Of a DNA stretch of 64,000 nt, positions 1-13,639 are shown in pieces. A program made the position numbers and the translations under genes. The DNA comes from Iphione sp. A-MEVVRFRX5 (taxonomy: Eukaryota). Location of the stretch: assembly GCA_976226885.1 (NCBI GenBank), contig OZ320314.1, positions 90,024,001 through 90,088,000 on the forward strand, read 5' to 3'. The first letter of the stretch is position 1; every line of letters starts with the position of its first letter. The notes below the pieces were generated by a model. It had not been told where the DNA came from, ran no database searches, and worked only from the letters and a program-made list of their open reading frames with translations.

Positions 1-1820
1 CAAATACTGCCGGTATGCCCCAGGAGTTCTTCTGTGATGTCCTATAAACATGGTCAAAATCAGTCTCCTCTATTGCTGTTGTTATGGAATCAATCAATTG
101 ATGGATCACACATATCTAAGAAACGTTCTGTAACCAGCGTAATGATGATGTGTTTAACTACTTCCTGTGATAGGCCAATCATCTTTCCCCACAAACTGTT
201 AAATAAGCATCATCAGTACACATTTATTCGATTGTCACCGTATGTTATGTGATCAGTCAATTAAATTACCTTTTGAAGCAAGTTGTCTAACTTGTTCTAC
301 CTCCAGCCTTTGAATGAAAATATTATTGGATCAACACCCTCTATCAGTTCATAGTAAGTACCACTAACAAACATGTCCTTCTCCATGACCATGTACGCGA
401 ACCTAAACTACCCAGCCTTTACCGTCTTTACTTCATTAAGACGGTGTCAGTGATATATTCACGCCATCAGTAGAACACACGAGCTTCCAGGCTTACATAC
501 CCACAGCCATAGGGCTGACAGGGATACACAAGCAAATGCCTACGCATTGTTTATTGATGTCTCATCGGGGAAACACTTTGGCATTTTTCATTCAGCTGCA
601 ATGTGGATCATATTATATCATAGATCCTCTGGAATGTAAAAGTCATTTTAAGCTGCAGCATTGCTCAGATCAGTGAAACATCGTAATTACTAGCTGGGAT
701 TGTCATCTCACATATCATATGATCTCTTATAGACTCGGATGATAACATGAACCATGTTAATTAACCTAAAATATGCATATGTGTAAAGATTATATATCCA
801 AACTATGAGAACCATCCGAAACTAGTTTAATTACATAATTCTGTATTGTGTACTGTATTGTACACGATAACCAATGGGACCATAAAATCTTTTCCCTAAC
901 TGAGTTGCCCTGATACCAGGGTTGGTATTCTTGTAGAAAGCAGATTATTGGGACACGTCAAATGTGCACTTAATTCTGAACATGTCTTACCACAGATATA
1001 CTGGGTTCCTCACTGCAGTACTCCATCACAAACATACAGATATACTAGGTTCCGACTGCAACACTCCATCACAATCATACATATACCCAAATGGACCTAT
1101 GTACTTAACATTCTCCTCTTGGGTGTCCATTAGACGTTCCAACAAGCTGGGGTGGCAGCTCGGGTTATTGGTCACGTCTTGCTTCGATTATGGTCTGAGC
1201 GTTGCCATGGTATCCAACGTGATACAGTTGCCACTGCCGGAAGTTCTTCGTAGTGGACACAATACATCTGGATGGTGGACCCTGGGGAATCACCTACTAT
1301 GTGATTCAGTTAGAGATGATCGGTGACCGGGTGTCACGGAGTAAATCAGAAATTTAATTTTCTAACCTGCAGGTAATCCCTTGCCCTTTCCTTCGTTTTT
1401 GTCTGGTTTACGTCTTGATTACTCATATTTACCCACTTTGTCCACATGTCCATGATTTTCCTGCTTCATCTTTCTAATACTTTGGTCCTATTTTATTCTA
1501 TGGTTTCCTTACATTTTTCATCTCATTTTTAGTCTTTCTTTCCGTCGTCTATGGTTCATCTCACTGGCTTTATCTGGACCAATTTGTTGAATTGTACATA
1601 TAGATACTTCACATTTATCTTGGGTATAGATGAACGTCACGGGGAGAGATTCTTAATTTTATGCACTCTAAAACAACATGGATTGATGAGAGTCTGTATG
1701 ACGGACCTAGCGAAAACAACATATAATCAAACACAGCCCTCGTGGTACATATAGACTGAAGTTTATCTTTATTATCTGTCGTAAGTTACCGACGGCACCT
1801 TATTTATATTTAACCCACCC

Positions 1821-1823
<3 letters not shown>

Positions 1824-1868
<45 letters not shown>

Positions 1869-1881
1869 TCTCTCTCTCTCT
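1824..1881. repeat. (CT)n microsatellite
   Basis: Directly visible. Confidence 0.98.
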
Positions 1882-4479
1882 GCATGTTCCTAGCATCAGT
1901 AAATGGAACAGACTTCCTGACAAGCGAAAACTAAGCATTGGACAGAAATCGGACCAGATAGAAACAACACACTAGCGCGGGTCGAGAAGATGGACCAATA
2001 TCCTGGTGTTTCCCTCAGGAAGCTTTAGTAATCCAATGTAGATGGTTGAGTGGTGTACTTTCCCCTTGGTGTGTACATAAAGCAACTTCTATAGTCACTA
2101 GAGCAGGGGTGAGGTTGACCTCACACTGATATAAGCTGCGAGACACAGCTTACATAGTCCAACCATCTACTAGGAAAGACATTAGGGGTGAATCACCTAT
2201 CAAATCAGTTGTCATGAAATTTAGAGGATGTAAGCGTGCCTCCGATAATCTCTTTAAATCACACATAGAGGATGTTTTATAGCATGCTCTGTGTGTGCTG
2301 GTAAAGGTGTGGGACCAAAAGATGCACGTTTGTAAAGGTGCGAAAAGGTCAAGTTCCAAAATGAGGATGACAATTATTATGGCACTATCTAGTTATTTTT
2401 TTATGGCATGATTATTGATTATTTTTTATGAGGTGTCCTGCTATTGATATGGTATATAGTAACTAAAAGGTTGACAACTAACAGTACAGCACAATTGCTC
2501 CATCTCCCTCCATCTAGTCATTAGGAGGATTCAATATGCATGATTAATAGTACTTTCCTGGCATTCCCTGGTGTCATAGTTGCAGCAGGTGTCTCAGCTA
2601 TCTGGGTATATTTGACAGTAGTCAGTTGTCATGTGCGACTGTCGACCTTTGGGACATCAGGACACATAATGTCTCTAACTCATACTAATGCTGTGTGTGT
2701 CCATCAGCACATGATCTGCATGAGGCGTGTAAGTGTGTACTAACCATGTTTTGGGGGATAATGTTAATAGAAGGAGTGATTCCATGGGCGTGTGGGCCAC
2801 GGGCTGTGGGCCATGGACCATGTTCCAAAAATGGGACAAGTCCCATTTTCCATGTAAACATGGCCAATTTGCCCGTTTTTATCTTAATCCCACTGCATTC
2901 CCTTGGAAACACTATGACTGTGTCTTCTGTTTATTCAGTGGTTATAGGATTAACAAAACATGGTCTTTGAAACATGTATCACAGCAACACACTTACATGG
3001 AAACCCTGCCTGAACTGCAAGTATTAACGCTTTGAAATTGTGATTCTCAGACAGTACCATTTATATGCAGGCTTTAGGAGTTCAACTGCCAGGTGAAAAC
3101 TGGCCCAAAGGAAAATGAATAATATGTCTGATGATAGATGACGCCTATCACCCCAGAGCATATAAATTGTACATTCGAATTTTAAAAAGTACACATCCAA
3201 TATGTGCATATTTTCAGCTTTATGTCTGTATTTTGATGGGAGTTAAAACGAAAACACCAACACATGAGATAAGCACACACATAAACAAAGATTCGACCAC
3301 CTTCTCCAAAAGATGGAATTTAAACCTAAAATTATTCACTGCTACTTTGTGATGTTAAATATTTGTGCTGCTGTAGAATATGAAAGTATAATCACAACTT
3401 TCAAAAATTGCATAAAACCAGCTCCAACACAGTCATTTTAAAAGGATTTCAGCTCTAGACACAATAGATATCCTTTTGTCTATAATTATTATACAGTCCT
3501 TTTAACAATCTTTTCATGTTATTATTATGGTAAACAGAGTTATATTTTTATGTAAATTAACATATCTGCATATTTTATCCCATGATGCAAGATTATGATA
3601 ATAGAAATTGGAGCATATCAAAAATAAGCCTTTGTAGTGGATTAGGTCTCAGCCTGGAGCAAAATGTCTTTTGAACACTGAAGAACTATGGTTCGCTAGG
3701 CTAAGTTATTTGGTTCAATGAAACTGAAACCTTGTACCTCGAGTCAAGATTGTTCTGACTTGAGACTGAGAAAAGTCGGGCTGGTGGCAATCTGCAGAAG
3801 TCACTATTTGAATCAGAAGAATTCTGACTCAAGTTGTTAAAGCTGATGATCTTAAAGCTGGTAGGTGTTAATTGTTACTAAAAAGAGTTGATTTTGTCAC
3901 ATATAAGGGACTTACTTTCAGGTTAGTCTTTCACTGCACTTAAGACAGACAACATTGAACTCGTATTTTATGTGGACATTCTTTATTTCTCAAACCATCG
4001 CTTATCCAAGTTCCCAAAACACATTACACCTTGTTTATTGAGCATTCTAGTCCAATGCTTTGGTCATTGTTATTTCCTCAACTTGAATGCATTCCACTCG
4101 TTGTCAGTAAATATTGATATCGTTATATTATATGTATATAAACCACGAGAGAGTGAAATCAAAATGGGCGAGCCAGAGAGAGATGAAGAAAGAGGAGGAG
4201 AGAGGAGACAAAGGATCTCGAGAGAAAGTGGAAGATAAGAGGGAGAGATCCAAACAGAGGAGGAAAATGGAAGAAGAAGAATGATGAAGTAAGGATAGGA
4301 AAGATAGACTGAAAGACGGACATGATGATAGGGAGGAAAGAATTATAAAGAACAAGTATAACTGATTTGAGAGGGTTAAGAGCCAGCTTTGTCATTTTAG
4401 GGATACATCTTCATTTTAAAGATCTTTTTCACAGGCGTTTCGTTGGGAGCCACATGCTGGTATTTAATACAATATGCGG

Positions 4480-4900
4480 CTGTACACTAAATAACGTAGT
4501 ATTCAGCTGAGCCTTGTTGACAAAACGGTCTGGAGAATATCATTTTTTAGCAATTCAACTTGTGGGGCAATACGATTAAATTTAAAGGCAAGTTTTCTAG
4601 TCTAAAAGGATTATTTGATGTAATATTACGAATCTAGGTTGAAGGGTAACTTACAGATACGGACAAAAGTCGTCTGGTCCGATTGGTGTTATACGGCGTT
4701 GTTGCTGTACCACGTAATAGAGTATTAATATGGGAAGAACAGACATCTTTTTAAAGTCAATACTCGATTCTTAAAAAAACAAGTATCTTACTCCGCTGAT
4801 GATCTCATTGCGAAGCCCGTAACATTGATTTATTATTCCTTCTATGATCAACAGGAATCAACACAGCTGAATGTAGAATGATTCTTTAAACCTCATTCTT
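4480..4900 (-). mobile_element. Possible L2/CR1 LINE RT C-terminal fragment
   Basis: CLFFPY*YSITWYSN..FVRIC resembles LF.PYL.YC..VW.N....VR.I. Confidence 0.35.
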
Positions 4901-6196
4901 TTATAAGGCTTTGGTTGAGAGATGTTGTCCTTTTGGAAAAGGTGATGTTGTATTTTTTTTAAAGAAACACTCATGTGTGTGAAAGAGCGGTAGTATATTC
5001 AACTTAAAGGAATCAAAATATTGTAAAACTATTGTATAAGGATCATGTTGCGTTGAGTTATATATTTTCTTTTACAAGCAGAAAGAGTAGCTTTAACAAA
5101 AAGCAACAAAAAATGAGGCTTGTGTAACACTTAGCGGTTTCAAGAAATACACACTGTATCTGATGTTCTGCACGCCAGCTTTGCCGTCTCACTGGACACA
5201 TATTCCATTACATGGCCCGGTGCCTCTGTGGTGTTCAAGAGAGTAGCTATAGGCCTCAAAGTAGAGCCTATTTCTGACAAGGTGCAATCCTTCAGCAAAG
5301 AGGAAAGTATTGATCTTCCCTGTGCGAGAACTGGAAATTGCAAATCCCTTTATACTTACATTTACCGTGGTAGAGCATCCTAACAATATTGGAAGTACAC
5401 TTCTGGCGTGTGTTCCTCCTGTTTAGGCCGTCAATGTATCTTCTTTTGTTGTGATTTAACTGCAAAATGTACTAATTTCCCTTTGCTATGTCGAGCGAAA
5501 TAGTGGAGTGAGCTCCCCAGAAATGGCTTTTTTCCTAAATTCTAGATGTCTCCTTCGCGCATACATTGTGTAGGTAATGTAATCTGCTTGCTTCAGGGAC
5601 TCACTGGAGATCCTAAAGGTCCAGACTGTATCCGCGACAAATGTAACAAAGAGCAAGAATCAGAACGTACCCCTGAGGTACAAGAGTTCACTGCATGGTT
5701 CCAGAAGACGGTAATTCTCCCTGGATATTTCCTCCTAGTCAATAAGTAACTGGTTCATACCTGCGGGTTTGCTCAAATATCCTTTCATTATACCAGTAGA
5801 AACATGGTTACAGAACAGTTCAGATGCGGTTTACAAAATAAATCACAAACAATTGCTTATGATTGTAGGCCGATTCTAAAGTGATTACGTAGAGTTACCG
5901 GTGATTGCGAAGCTCAAGCCGAGTGTCTCTATAGCCAACATTACCCTTCCAACAGTCTTATATTAAGTCTTTTATGCTCCCTTGGCCTAATCACCATGTA
6001 CCCATGCCGGCGTGTGTCATGTGCGTTTGTACAGATGTTAGGGAGAAACATGAAGAGATGTGCTTCCATGACTGTTTCCATACCCGTGGTCGTCAGCCTC
6101 CTGGCTGCTCCAGCCGGCTCTACTCTCTACGGTTTTTTAACAATCAATACATCTATACTGTATACTGAATGAAAAAAACACAGCAGTAAAGAGAAC

Positions 6197-6390
6197 TCAT
6201 GAAAAAATGGAAAAACACCACAAATAACGCATAAACTGTCCGGAAATTTGTAGTAATGTGTGGTATAATGTCATGGCCATAAAAACATAGCCGTTAATAC
6301 ATTGACACATGAAGATAAGGTCTGACTGAAAAGTCACTGAAACTATATTTTTAACAGATGTAATCGATAAAGTACTCACATTCTTCATAT
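6197..6390 (-). mobile_element. Possible L2 LINE RT fragment
   Basis: SVKNIVSVTFQSDLIF resembles V.NLGV.FDS.L.F. Confidence 0.3.
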
Positions 6391-8421
6391 TTATATTTTT
6401 TCCTGTGGTAGGATAAGGTCAAACAAGTTCGAGTATGGCATCGCACCCTTTTTCGTGGGTTCTACAAGAAAGCAATTAATATACTCTCGGTAAACGTCTT
6501 TACTTATGTTTTGTCGTCATATATGTCGGGCGCCATAAATGAAGAAGAGGTATTAATCACTCCATAAGGGAGACAGAGACCCGCGAAGCTCTTTCTGCTT
6601 CTAATGTCACAGACGTGCTCAGAGCAAAATTCGCTATCTGAGTTGGCCTAAACGGTAAATCTTTAAACAAAAATTTACAGAAGAACGGGTGGGTTGGTTA
6701 AGTTGGGTGGGTTTGTAGCTGGATGGGCGCAATTGGGTTGATGAACCGCTCTAGGTAGAAAATGGTGGTTTTGTCCTGGAAATGTTTGAGGAGAACATCG
6801 AACTAAGGAAGAGAAATCACCATTTCAATGCTTTGTCTATTTGACTACATTATTGTTCTGATAATAAATGGTGAGTTTTTTCTACATGGTGTTTAGCTGG
6901 CCTGTTGGGGACCCATGTCCGTTGGCCATATTTCTTCATTTATCATAATCATTTATCTCTCCTGTCACGTTTGTCAGCCTGACCACCTACATTATGGCCT
7001 TCATTCATGGGGAATCTTTGGCCACTACTGCCTTTGCCTTAAAATGTCTTTCTGCTGTCTTACACATATAGATCGTCCATTCAGCACTGAGTCACACAAA
7101 CAATACGCGCAAACACTTACACAGAGGCTTACACTCGCATACATGTCACATAGGAAAGGATGAAATTGCAAGAACGGTTTAATTAAGTTGTGTGTGCAGA
7201 ACGATCATTCTTATTGTATAAAATGGATAGGCGTTTTCATTGCATATTACGAGCTTAAATGACAAACGTACTCACAACAGTGGATATTTACCATAAAACA
7301 CTTTAGGTTTTCTCACCTTGAATTGGTCACATTTAGTTTTACAAGAACCTTAATTTCTAAAGAAATATCTTATGTATCTGTCTTCCGCACAATAACGTCC
7401 TAGGTATATTGCTTTCAGTAAGGTTTTTCAACCAGATCAGTTCCCATTAAAACTTCCCACGGATGGCTGGATGTGGTCGTGGTGCCCATTTTCGCTCCTC
7501 AGAGACAATTAGGATTTTTGACAGTTCGACTGATCGTGAAAATGTAGAGAAAAGCTTCGTCAACTGTGCCAAAGTGAGGGTGTTCATTTTCAAAACAAGT
7601 CACACAAAATGAAATCTATAATGGTAGAGGTAATACAAATACTATCTCTCCTATCGAGGAGGACTGCCAATCACTGAATACAGTAGTTCCCTGCTAGAGT
7701 GAGCCAAAAATAACATCCAGGCGTGGTATCCGACAACGTGACTGTCAATAAGGATCGCTCATTAGGATATTACCCATGAACTATAAAAGACTAATTTTTT
7801 TAAAGACCAGTTTTTTTAAAGGCAGATAAACCGTAAAATCCATGTAAACACAGTTGAAGCATAGTGAAATCTGTGTAACGGAAAAACAGTGGAAAACTGA
7901 TATTCATGCAAAATGAGCTGAAACAGTGAAATTCGTGTAATTTCTGCCGAATTGTAGTGAAATACATACAAATTTGCGTAATTTTGACAAAACAGCAAAT
8001 TTTGTGTAATTTTCATAAAAATGGCTGTAAATGTGTGGAAATGTACAGATATTTTTAGGAAATATGTAGCTTTTTGCATGAAATATAGCTTACAACATTT
8101 TTGTGTGCATGGAACCACTCCTATATATACATGTATTCAAAAAAAACGTACCAGAACCATGGCAACACATCCATGAAAACATGGATACTTTGGCCCGTGT
8201 TTACAGGAAGCAGTGACAACAGTAACGTCATGTTAGGGTTTACAGAAAGAGAAAACCCGAGAGAAACCCAAAAAACAAAAAGAGAGAGGGGAAAACCAGA
8301 GGGAAAGAACAATGTAACAGTCAGGCCATTGTGGAAAATGCACAGAGAACATACAATACATAATAACGAGTCCTTCACATTATTGCGGGACAACTGTTCA
8401 TAGGACATCAGCTCCACTTAC

Positions 8422-8518
8422 AGTTTGTAAATATGTCGGTACGGCTCGTGTTATTCCGTTGGGAAAATGGGTTCAAACACGGGTACTGAGCGCGGGAGGA
8501 CATGGAGAGGACGGCCAT
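8422..8518 (-). CDS. Candidate first coding exon of an unidentified minus-strand gene (MAVLSMSSRAQYPCLNPFSQRNNTSRTDIFTN)
   Basis: ATG in a GCCATGG Kozak context at 8518, open frame to a perfect GTAAGT donor at 8421 (phase 1), CpG-richer surroundings and an upstream CRE. No homology recognised. Confidence 0.4.
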
Positions 8519-8864
8519 GGCTCTCAGATGTGTTGGGCGTGTGTGTGCGCTCGCCCGCAAGTGTGTCTGTGTGAGTAGTGTTAGTACACCTCTGGGGGGA
8601 AAGGTAGGCTTCACAAGCAGCAAGTGATGCTCTCTCCCTGTCTGATTCCCAGTTATTGGTAGAAAGACTAAGAGGGCGTAATTTTCGAGAGTAATCATAC
8701 AAAAAAGGTGTTGGGGCTGAGGCTCGAGCATGTATTTCAAATCGAAATGTCCAAGATAGACGCGTCAGTGGTTATATTTTTGCAATTAACTTATGGCTCT
8801 GCCGAAAAAAGGCCCAGCATTAGAATAGCGACTTCAATCATTATACTCATTATTTCGAAGTGCA

Positions 8865-8874
8865 CTGACGTCAG
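8865..8874. promoter_or_regulatory. Palindromic CRE/ATF site CTGACGTCAG
   Basis: Exact TGACGTCA at 8866-8873, about 350 bp upstream of the candidate minus-strand ATG. Confidence 0.35.
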
Positions 8875-9685
8875 AGCCATTTTATGAAGCTACCGGTCTA
8901 AATAGGACGAGACGGTCCCCTCTGTCGTTTAATGTTTGAATTGTCGAGAAGTAGCTCTTGATTTCGCACCCATTACAAGATTAGATATTCTATCAGGGAA
9001 ATGTGCTTATTAATTCTAATTTATTAGATACTCTTACCAAAGACAATTTTTCATTTTCTTAAAACGTAGAAACCCTGTACGAAGATCGCTGACGTTTAAC
9101 ATTTCTATAGTTGATAGTAAGAACAGTATAAATTTCCGTTTAAACTGAATATGTTAGTAATGCCCGCATGCGTCCAGGGTTGATAAAACCAGAATATGGG
9201 ATATTAACAATGGATATGGCTCACATATACTAGATCAGAACGCTGTGTTCTAGTGGGTTACTACCTAGTGCGTTCTGTCATCGGTTCAAAGAGTAACATG
9301 AGTTGGAAGTATGGACATTTGCTTCTGCTGACATGGATCAAGTGACCCTTTGAGACCTCCGACTCTTCTCCAAGTCACCAGGACACATAACTTTCTTTCA
9401 CCATCAGTCAGCTATGTTAGTTGGTCGCCCTGAGGCCTTTACAGTACATGTATTCCAACCTGGTGAGAAACAGGAATTGCCAGCCTGAAGACTGAGACTG
9501 ACATGTGTATTTCCCTTGGAAAGTGAATGGCAAAGCACCAGCGATAAGCCAAGAAGTTAAAGCCTTTTAAGAATCAACAATGTAGGAGACGATCCTCGTC
9601 TTCATTTATGCTACTGAAGGGAGCGGCTGAAAGAGTCTGTATTTCTAATCCGTCTACATTCCGGAGATTAAAATAACAGGTATTT

Positions 9686-10015
9686 GATTCCTTTCTACAA
9701 TGCAGTCCTCCCTCCTGAATTCTCAGTATTCTGTTTTGCGTGCACAAGATAAGTTGCCGGAACAAGCAGTGAAAAGTACGGTTTATTGAACTCGTGTTAG
9801 TTCCTGGGAATTCACTGCCTTCTCCATGTTTCAGACAACCCCTCCCCCGTTCGATTCCTTTCTACAATGCAGTCCTCCCTCCTGAATTCTCAGTATTCTG
9901 TTTTGCGTGCACAAGATAAGTTGCCGGAACAAGAAGTGAAAAGTACGGTTTATTGAACTCGTGTTAGTTCCTGGGAATTCACTGCCTTCTCCATGTTTCA
10001 GACAACCCCTCCCCC
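9686..10015. repeat. Tandem duplication, two 163-bp copies (period 167)
   Basis: 9686-9848 versus 9853-10015, with a single mismatch seen (aagcagtg / aagaagtg). Confidence 0.95.
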
Positions 10016-10443
10016 ACCCCGGACTGGCCACCGTCATATGTGCCAAGTCCCACTCTCCAAGTGTGTCCAATATTTCGGGATCCAGACTGAGTCGTCGGTC
10101 GATCACGTGACACGCAGCCACTGTGGTTCGAGCAGTGTGTGCCATTCTACATACACATATTAAAGAGATGCGGAAATAGGACGCATGTGGGCTGATGTTC
10201 ATTGAGTACCTGCCACAGACAGAACAGTGTACATGTATTGTGATTGTACATTGCGCTGTGGTGTAAGGACACGGTCGATTCTCGACGACTCCCAACTACC
10301 TCTCCCGCCGCTCTCATTCCATAAAAAATAACGTTTTTCTCCCTCGCAGACTGCAATTATGTTCTTGGGTCAGAAGTATTGAAGCGAAAAGAAAATATAA
10401 TGATTATGACAATGTGAATCGGTATGGACGGTGGATGATTCCC

Positions 10444-10484
<41 letters not shown>

Positions 10485-10514
10485 ACCTCTCTCCCTATCT
10501 CTCTATCTATCTCT
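10444..10514. repeat. (TCTG)n / (CT)n microsatellite
   Basis: Directly visible. Confidence 0.95.
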
Positions 10515-11099
10515 CTTGAATTCTGCAAACATGTATATCATTTATGCACCACAGCTATCTCTGCCTGGTTTTCGCTCTGCTGACGATTGTATGCTATGAT
10601 CAACGACCGATTATACAGTATTAATACTGTTCGTGACAGTAAGGGTGAAATGATACCGCACAGAAGCAGATAAATTCCATGTTAATGGTAGGGTTGTTTA
10701 TGCTTTGATTTTAAACTGCTAATTATTCCTACAATCTACTGATTAAAACGATTGATCTATTGCTGTGGGGATGGGCATTGTCTTTGACCGCTGTTACCAT
10801 TAAAGCCCTCAATTAATTCCTAGCTACAAGGACAGACAGTTTTAGATCGATCACAAAGGACCTGCAGAAATGTTTCAGCGTCTCAAAACTAAAGACAAAC
10901 CAACGATGGACAATGTCCAATTCCCCCACGAATAGTTTAATTGAGAGTGACCTTTTAGCAACCTAGCTCACACTGTTACAAGAAGAAGAGAAACCTCTCT
11001 TGGCCATTAATATTTTACCAATGAAGTATTACCTGCTTTCTGCTACTACGCTGATGGAGATTTTACTCTGTTCACGACCTTTTGCTTTAACAAATATTG

Positions 11100-13340
11100 C
11101 TTGTCAATAGCACACCATTCGCCTTCAGGATTTAGACCACGCTCTGCAATCCCAAACTAAGATGCCAATATCATCACTATATAATGTGGAATTGTCGTCT
11201 CAGCTTACTTTGTGGAAATCAATAGCCGCCAACAACATTAGCGATCCTAAACTAGAGGCCCGTGGTGCTTCCCATCGGGTTTAGTGTGATAAAGGGACCG
11301 CTTTGCTCAGACTACCTTGTCGAGATCCATAGCATGGCACCAGTAGAGCAAATTGGCGGTTTGTCACTGGTATTTGTAATTGTACCTTCATAATGATGAA
11401 TAATTGGAATACAATTTTATGTTAATGTCGGACTTTCACTTCAAGGATAACCAAGTAGCAGTTAATAGGTTGATTTTTATAAAAGCAATAATAGATAAAC
11501 CTATTTGCAAACTGGCCTTTTTAACCATAAATTAGACAACGTTTTGAGGTACATTCACCAGATTTCAGTCTGAGGATAAGATTTTGGAGCATACGTTTCT
11601 TATTGACTCACTTCCGATTCTTGCTTACATATTGCTGTAATATCAAGATTTGTATGTGTAGTATTTAATCAACATTTACAACATCTTAATCATGAATTAG
11701 CGAATGTTTCTGCCTACAGTAAAGCAAACCGTATAGCAGCATAACAGAAGTAAAAAGGTCACGCTTTTAGAAACAGGCCTTTCTTGAGAAAGAACCAGCT
11801 TGTCGGAACGGCACAAACTTCATCAGCCTATGACGCTTTACTTTGTATGAAGATGTGCGTTAAAGCAGGATGAACTTTTAATGTTGGACCATGCATTAAA
11901 GATGTTTTTCGAAGTACGATCAATAATTTGTTCTCATGTCCATTATCTTCTGTGAACCGAGGAGTTTGTGCAATGTCGACACAAGGTCCCTTACATATTT
12001 GATGAATGCAGGTTGCGATCATTGGATTAGTATAGAATGTGTTCTTTAACACAGATGAGTGTTGTATCACGTGAGGCCTTTGTGACCCACTAGACCAATT
12101 GTCCATATATAGGTTCTGTATATTGCACAATAATAATTTTGGAATACGTAAATATCAATGTAACCATGTTAACATATTGGAAGCAGGACAAAACATTTAA
12201 AGAAATGCTGGGTATCACGAAATGCCACTAGAGTATAAAAGGGGAGGAAAATTGAATAAAACGTTAGAATCATTTGAAACCTGTGTGGACATTCCTTCTT
12301 GACAACGAATTCAGTTCTCAGGAAGCTCCTTGCTAACACATGGAATACCAAAGAACACATATTACGTTGTTAAGAGTTTAATCCCAGGAGTATCTATACC
12401 CAGGAGCCCCTGCTAACATGGTAAAGGAAGATCTGCTAAAGAAATGGACGGTAATTCCCGTCCCTATCCATCCCTATACAGCGACTTCAGAGTGAGTAGG
12501 CTCAAATGAAAGGTCCCCAGAAGTTGAGGCTCTATGACTGCCCTTTTTAAGTTGATCTAACACTTCCTTCAGAATAGAAGAGGCGTAAAAAACTATGGCT
12601 ACAGTCTGGCTTAGGTCCCGCCTCTCGTGTAAATGCTGCTCAGTTTCTAGTTGTAATGGCAGTGAATCTTCCTCAATCTTCCCCCATATGAGATCTCTTT
12701 GGTTGCGTGGTACCTACGTTTATCACTGGGCAATCTAATGTGTGCTACTCTACATGGGCACCGCATCCCTCTTCAGAAGGGGATGGCCTGGTCAGAAATC
12801 TGAGGATGGGGTGACAAATCACTGATCCTAGGGTATCCGACCATGTGCTTATTTTCCTAATCCACATAGTGCATTGTGATGATGTGACATTGATTCCAAA
12901 GTGTCAAAGAGGTGTCTTACTAGCTGTACCGAATGTATCAAGATGTCATATGTGATATTTGTCGGTTACTGCGTGCATTGTCATAAATACGTGACTATCC
13001 TGCCTGTGTCAATGTTAGAATGTGAATTTGTTTCATGTTTCATCATTAATACCAGCTTTATAGCACATGATTATTTGATGATGCAACATGGAATGATTTC
13101 TAAGTGTCTTTCTTTTTGTTTATTAACGGTTATGATGTACGGGATGTAAACCTAAAGTAGGCACTTGTTCCAAGGTAGTGTCGGACGGATTCTTCTACTT
13201 GAAAGTAGATCTGTTCAGGAGAATCGACTGATGGACCATTTTCCTTACTGATTACCATTGGCTGCCTGAACAGCGTAGATACCAAAGTGTGCTGGTATGG
13301 GGCCTTGTACCACCTGGCACGCAGCATGCTGGTTGTCACT
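11100..13340 (-). mobile_element. Heavily decayed Gypsy-like LTR-retrotransposon pol remnant
   Basis: Collinear degenerate motifs by manual translation: protease-like GWIGTGITVHFFS (about 12450), RT-like CVDI..EDNGHENKLLIVLRK..GPTLK (11828-12130 ORF), RNase H-like LAAIDFHKV..LYSDD..LVW (about 11130-11220). Confidence 0.4.
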
Positions 13341-13639
13341 GGGCGTATGTACGGAGAGAGTGATTCAAATGAGTTTTAAGGAAAGGCAGTTGCTGGGAAA
13401 CGCCCTACTTGATTGTTATTTTAACCTTTTGTGGCTTATCTTCTTGAATTTTTCTCTTTAGATTACAAAACGCTAAGTGCACAATACATGATACTTGCCA
13501 ATGTATTTACGAATAATTTGGAATCTGAATCATTTCTTCTATACTCTGGGTGAAACTATTTACGGAGCCTGACTAAAGGCACTACAACAGTAGTGCGCTG
13601 TGGTAGGGGTGTTAAGGCCACTTGAGAGCTGGAAACCCT

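Noticed and set aside
1-600. Possible LINE RT remnant (CTDDAYL, LLGHT) on the minus strand
   Set aside because: Motifs are too degenerate to support a call.
4190-4340. Glu/Arg-rich or Ser/Leu-rich ORFs
   Set aside because: GA-rich low-complexity sequence; a similar tract lies at about 22850-23140.
7682-8119. Possible MITE with AGT(A/G)GTTCC termini and GTGAAAT/GTGTAAT internal repeats
   Set aside because: The terminal match is short and imperfect with no TSD, so boundaries are unsupported.
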